Origin: Candidatus Marinacidobacterales bacterium
GTDB lineage: Bacteria > Acidobacteriota > Vicinamibacteria > Marinacidobacterales > DATDRI01
Assembly (NCBI GenBank): GCA_965219415.1
Contig: OZ244742.1
Span: 64,001 to 128,000, forward strand
Reading direction: 5' to 3'
DNA: 64,000 nucleotides
Part shown: positions 59,423 through 64,000 of the stretch, piece by piece
Position numbering within the stretch: the first letter of the stretch is position 1
How the letters are laid out: the number at the start of each line of letters is the position of its first letter
Program-made: the position numbers and the translations under genes
The notes under the pieces: model-generated
The model's input: only the letters and a program-made list of their open reading frames with translations
Told to the model about the DNA's origin: nothing
The model's database searches: none

Positions 59423-60436
59423 ATGAAGAAAAGAGCGAAGCGAGAAAGCGCCCTGACAGGGTTCAGCCTGTCGTTTCTGGATTGTATTTGCTGTGGATTC
59501 GGCGCCATCATCCTGCTGTTGGTATTAACGAAGATCGGTGAGCCACGAGCGCTCGAGGCGCTTCGGATCGATCTCGAAGGTCTGGTCGCTCGCCTTCAAG
59601 AAGAGCTCTACGAGATCCGTGGCGAGACGAACGTTCTGAATCGCGAGCTCGTCAGCAAGGAGGAGCAGATCTCCAAAGAACGGGTTCGGATCGCTCGCTT
59701 GCGAGGGGACTTCTCCAAGATTCGAGGGGAGTACGCGACGAGCAAAGAACTCTCGGAGATCAACGACATCGTCGAAGGTCGCCTGCTCGCCGCCCGGCAG
59801 GAGCTGAGCGAGGAGATGAAACGACTCCTCGGCCTCGCCCATCGACGCGACACGAAGGACGCCACGGTGGGAGGGATCCCTGTCGACAGCGAGTACGTCA
59901 TCTTCATCATCGATACATCGGGCAGCATGCACAACTACGCCTGGTCGATGGTCAATCGGAAGATGAAAGAGACGCTCGACATCTATCCCAAGGTGAAGGG
60001 TCTGCAGGTCATGAACGACATGGGCCAGCACATGTTCAGAAACTACGCCGGTAAATGGATTCCAGACACTCCGGGGAGGCGTCGCGTGATCCTCGACCGG
60101 CTCCGGACATGGTCTCCCTTTAGCAACAGCAGCCCGGTGGAAGGAATTACCCGTGCTATCAAGCGCTACGCCACCCCCGACAAGAAGATCAGCCTCTACG
60201 TCTTCGGTGACGAGTTCACCGGACGCTCCATCGACGATGTCGTCAGAACCGTCGATCGGATCAACAAAGAAGATTCGCAAGGAAATCGCTTGGTTCGAAT
60301 CCACGGCATCGGCTTCCCCGTGATGTTCTCTCAATCGGGATTTCCGGAGAACACCGGTGTGCGGTTCGCGACCTTGATGCGGGAGCTCTGTCGCCGCAAC
60401 GGAGGCGCTTTCGTCGGACTGAGCTGGCGCCGCTGA
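59423..60436 (+). CDS. second ExbD/TolR-like TM anchor, coiled coil and vWA domain protein
   Basis: SFLDCICCGFGAIILLLVL; MIDAS DTSGS, VFGDEF. Confidence 0.85.
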   Translation: MKKRAKRESALTGFSLSFLDCICCGFGAIILLLVLTKIGEPRALEALRIDLEGLVARLQEELYEIRGETNVLNRELVSKEEQISKERVRIARLRGDFSKIRGEYATSKELSEINDIVEGRLLAARQELSEEMKRLLGLAHRRDTKDATVGGIPVDSEYVIFIIDTSGSMHNYAWSMVNRKMKETLDIYPKVKGLQVMNDMGQHMFRNYAGKWIPDTPGRRRVILDRLRTWSPFSNSSPVEGITRAIKRYATPDKKISLYVFGDEFTGRSIDDVVRTVDRINKEDSQGNRLVRIHGIGFPVMFSQSGFPENTGVRFATLMRELCRRNGGAFVGLSWRR

Positions 60437-60463
60437 GTAAAGCGATAGGGAGAGGACAAACCG

Positions 60464-62575
60464 ATGCGACTTCTGATAATCGCCGTGCTAGTCTTGCTCT
60501 TGGTGCAAGCGAACGACAAATCCACACCGCCCAAGGCCAAGGTAGTTCCCCACCAGCTCGAAAAGCACGGGGACATCAGAACCGACAACTACTACTGGCT
60601 GAAGGAACGCGAAGATCCAGAAGTCATCGCCTACTTGACCGCCGAGAACGCCTATCTCGACGGCGTCATGAAGCACACCGAAGGGTTGCAGGCTGCGCTA
60701 TTCGAAGAGATCAAAGGGCGGATCAAGAAGGACGACGCGTCGGCCCCCTTCCCGTACGATGGCTACTACTACTACCACCGCTATCAAGGAGACGCGGAAT
60801 ACGCCATTTACAGCCGCAAGGAAGGCTCGCTGGACGCGCCAGAACAGATCTTGGTCGACGGCAACGAGCTCGCTGAGGGACACGACTTCTTCTCGCTCGG
60901 CACCCTGTCAGTGAGCTCGGGACGGGACATTCTCGCCTTTAGCATCGATACCGTGGGGCGGCGGTTTTATACACTGCGCTTCAAGCAACTCACCAACGGC
61001 GAGATGTACGACGACGTCCTCGCGGACGTCACCGGCAACGTGGCCTGGGCCAACGACAACAAGACAATCTTCTATACCAAGCAGGACCCCGAGACACTGA
61101 GAGCTTATCGAATCTATCGGCACGTCCTTGGCACCGACCCAGCCAAGGACGTCTTGGTGTACGAAGAGCCCGACGAGGAATTCAGCTGCTTTATCTCGAA
61201 GAGCAAGTCGCGGAAGTACCTCTTGATCGGCACCTCCCAGACACTCAGCACGGAGTATCGTTACCTAGATGCCGCGAACCCCATCGGCGAGTTCAAGGTC
61301 ATCCTGCCGAGAGAACCGAAACACGAGTATTCCGTCGAGCACCTGGCAGACAAGTTCTACATCCGAACCAACTGGCAAGCACCTAATTTCCGGCTCATGG
61401 AAACACCTATTGCCAACACCGAGAAAGAAAGTTGGCGCGAAGTCATTCCCCACCGCAGCGACATATTCTTGCGGGACTACGATCTCTTCCGGGACTTCCT
61501 CGTCGTGACCGACCGAGAGGACGGACTCAATCGAATGCGCATCATTCCTTGGGCCAGCTCCGGGGGCGGTAGTGACGAGCACTATTTGGATTTCGGAGAG
61601 CCGGCCTACTTCGCCTACACCGCCACAAACCGAGAGCTCGAGACACCGATCCTGCGCTACGGCTATTCGTCGATGACCACGCCTTGGTCGACGTACGAGT
61701 ACGACATGGTGACGAAGGAGAAGACCTTGCTCAAGCAGGATGAAGTTGTTGGAGACTTCGATCCCGCCGACTATCGCACCGAACGTCTCCACGCGGTGGC
61801 GAGAGACGGCCAAAAGGTACCCATCTCCATCGTATTCCCCAAGGGGATGAAGAAAGACGGGAGTGCGCCGCTACTTCTCTACGCCTACGGCTCCTATGGC
61901 TTGTCCATGGACGCGACCTTTAGCTCGGCTCGGTTGAGCCTTCTAGAGCGCGGCTTCGGCTACGCCATCGCCCACATTCGCGGCGGCCAGGAGCTCGGCC
62001 GTCGTTGGTACGAAGACGGCAAGCTTCTCGAGAAGAGAAACACGTTCACCGACTTCATCGACTGTGGCGAGTACTTGGTCGAGGAGGGTTACACGAGTAA
62101 GGACCGGCTCTTCGCCATGGGCGGAAGCGCTGGAGGCCTATTGATGGGCGCGGTCGTGAACATGGCACCGGATCTTTTCGAAGGCGTGGTCGCGGATGTG
62201 CCTTTCGTGGACGTGGTGACAACGATGCTCGACCCCGACATTCCGCTCACCACCGGCGAGTATGACGAGTGGGGCGACCCCAATGAGAAAGAGTACTACG
62301 ACTACTTGCTCTCCTACTCACCCTACGATCACGTGGAAGCCAAGAAATACCCGCACATGCTGGTTACGGCCGGGCTTCACGACTCCCAGGTGCAGTACTG
62401 GGAGCCGGCCAAGTGGGTGGCAAAGCTGCGAGCCCTGAAGGCGGATGACAACGTTCTAATATTGAAGACGAATATGGCCGCCGGTCACGGCGGCCCGTCG
62501 GGGCGATTCAAGCGCCACCAAGAAACCGCGCTCGCCTACGCGTTTCTGCTGGATCTGGTTGGGATCGGAGAGTAA
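60464..62575 (+). CDS. ptrB: oligopeptidase B (S9A)
   Basis: DNYYWL, YGSYG, HIRGG, GGSAGG, PFVDV, EYDEWG, HDSQV, AGHGG. Confidence 0.93.
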   Translation: MRLLIIAVLVLLLVQANDKSTPPKAKVVPHQLEKHGDIRTDNYYWLKEREDPEVIAYLTAENAYLDGVMKHTEGLQAALFEEIKGRIKKDDASAPFPYDGYYYYHRYQGDAEYAIYSRKEGSLDAPEQILVDGNELAEGHDFFSLGTLSVSSGRDILAFSIDTVGRRFYTLRFKQLTNGEMYDDVLADVTGNVAWANDNKTIFYTKQDPETLRAYRIYRHVLGTDPAKDVLVYEEPDEEFSCFISKSKSRKYLLIGTSQTLSTEYRYLDAANPIGEFKVILPREPKHEYSVEHLADKFYIRTNWQAPNFRLMETPIANTEKESWREVIPHRSDIFLRDYDLFRDFLVVTDREDGLNRMRIIPWASSGGGSDEHYLDFGEPAYFAYTATNRELETPILRYGYSSMTTPWSTYEYDMVTKEKTLLKQDEVVGDFDPADYRTERLHAVARDGQKVPISIVFPKGMKKDGSAPLLLYAYGSYGLSMDATFSSARLSLLERGFGYAIAHIRGGQELGRRWYEDGKLLEKRNTFTDFIDCGEYLVEEGYTSKDRLFAMGGSAGGLLMGAVVNMAPDLFEGVVADVPFVDVVTTMLDPDIPLTTGEYDEWGDPNEKEYYDYLLSYSPYDHVEAKKYPHMLVTAGLHDSQVQYWEPAKWVAKLRALKADDNVLILKTNMAAGHGGPSGRFKRHQETALAYAFLLDLVGIGE

Positions 62576-62593
62576 AGAACGTTTCCGACTCCG

Positions 62594-64000
62594 CTAGGGA
62601 CTGGGAGATTCTTGGCGCGCGTTGGCGAAGTCTCCCGCCTGGATGATCGACATCTTGTCCAGATCAATGTGACGCCGCATCGCCTCCAAGATCTCCTCGG
62701 CCGCCAAGGCCTGGACTCGGGCCTCGAGATCGGCCTCCCACTCGAGCGTACGCCCCCGGTGCTGCAGTCCCGTTAAACGGCCCGCCAGTTCATCTTCTTT
62801 CGCTCTCGAGATCTGCCTGGCCTCGAGCCAACCCTTCTTGGCGGACCGGAGCTCTTCTTCGGTGAAGCCGCTCTCCAGGATCTTGGCGATCTCCTCTTTG
62901 AACGCGGCTTCGACGCGGGATGCGTTTTGCGGCGCACAGATCGCATAGGCGCCGAACCCTGCGTCTTTTTCCCAAGCGCTGGCGAAAAGAAGGATCCCAC
63001 CCCGTAGCTCAGGCCATCCACGTTACGGATTCGATTCCCGAGACGGGAACTGAGGAAGCCGCCGCCGGTCATGAAGTTTCCTAGCACCAACGCCGGGTAG
63101 TCCGGATCGTCATCCCGCAGGGCGATGGGATGGCCGGCCACGAAGGCCGCACTTTCCTTGTCGGGCGTCTCGAATTTTCGCACGAGGGGAGCCGTCTCTC
63201 GATAGGGAGGGCCGAGTCGCTCATAGAGCTTGGGGCTTTCCCAGTTCCCGAAAAGCCCGGCCACTTGCGCCTCGAGCTCCTTTTGATCGAAGTCGCCGAC
63301 CGCAGTGAGCTCCGCGACCGAGGCCCCGGAGAGGTCGGCATGGAACCGACGGATTTCATCGAGAGAGGTCTCTCGGGTGCGCTCGATGGCCTCCTCCGGT
63401 GTTTCCACGTAGCGGGGATCATCTTCGGGCCATTCATTGACATGTCGGTCGAAGGCAGTAGAGGCGATTTGAAAAGGATCTCGCTTGGCGTCCTCGAGCC
63501 CGGCCAACTCCTCTTCTTTCAATAGCTCTAGCTCGGAAGCGGGAAACGACGGCTCCCACAGCACCTCGGCCAGGAGTCGGAGGGCGGCGGAAAGCCCCTC
63601 GCGCGGAACCTCGAGGCTCGCTCGGACACCGCTGGCGCCGCCGCCGACGCTAAGCTGGGCCTTCAGGCGATCGAGCTCATCTTGGATCTCCTGCCGACTC
63701 TCGTTCGCCGTTCCCCTTATCAACATCGCCGCCGTCAGTTCACAAATACGCGAGCGCCCGCGCAGACTCTCCAGATCACCGAAATGGAGCGAAAGCGACA
63801 ACTGGACGATGTCGCCTCGCGTCTTCTTGGGAACCATCACCAGATGCAGGCAGAAGGAAGCTCGGCCCGTTTGATCTGGGCTTCGATGGCTAGGGAGATA
63901 CGGCGAGCGCTTCCCCACCCTCGTAGTCCTTGACCAGTTCGGTCGCATCGGGAGCTTCCGGAATCGCCGCACGCATCGGGTCCTCGGTTGGAATGTACAG
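62594..64000 (-). pseudogene. M16 (pitrilysin-family) zinc protease, C-terminal part, multiply frameshifted
   Basis: KKTRG, VGDFD, DYPAL, GGGFLSSRL..RIR..GLSYG; frame breaks near 63900, 63850 and 62985; ends AGDFANARQESPSP*. Confidence 0.8.

Noticed and set aside
56103-60436. Zorya or standard ExbBD/TolQR assignment
   Set aside because: No OmpA-like ZorB domain, long ZorA tail, ZorC/D/E, TonB or TolA; the partners carry vWA domains

Overview
GC-rich bacterial chromosomal window. The gene content and order suggest Acidobacteriota, but that is an inference. The intact housekeeping blocks are: cpoB (partial)-ssb; a minus-strand run of guaA, dnaE, accA, an lptC/lptA-like fusion, lptB, rpoN, hpf, hprK, rapZ, EIIA(Man), ptsH, ptsI and a cupin; psd-pssA-asd-like; tsaB/mutS; speB; sppA; and ptrB. 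Between them lie about eleven eroded genes carrying frameshifts, nonsense codons or internal deletions, two IS256-family elements with rearranged flanks, two decayed DUF222-like HNH genes that share an upstream architecture, and short REP-like palindromes. There are two standout observations. (1) An intact operon of about 11.7 kb (48.7-60.4 kb) encodes a MotA/TolQ/ExbB-family channel, two ExbD/TolR-like anchors fused to vWA domains, a degenerate Hsp70/actin-fold-FHA protein, an FHA-like/TM/PEGA/FGE-fold protein, a membrane Ser/Thr kinase and three exported proteins. It is a candidate phospho-regulated, ion-driven envelope motor. (2) In a kinase-TPR gene, two adjacent internal segments have each been inverted in place almost without sequence loss. 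No rRNA, tRNA or CRISPR array was recognised. All calls come from motif reading by eye; no searches were run.
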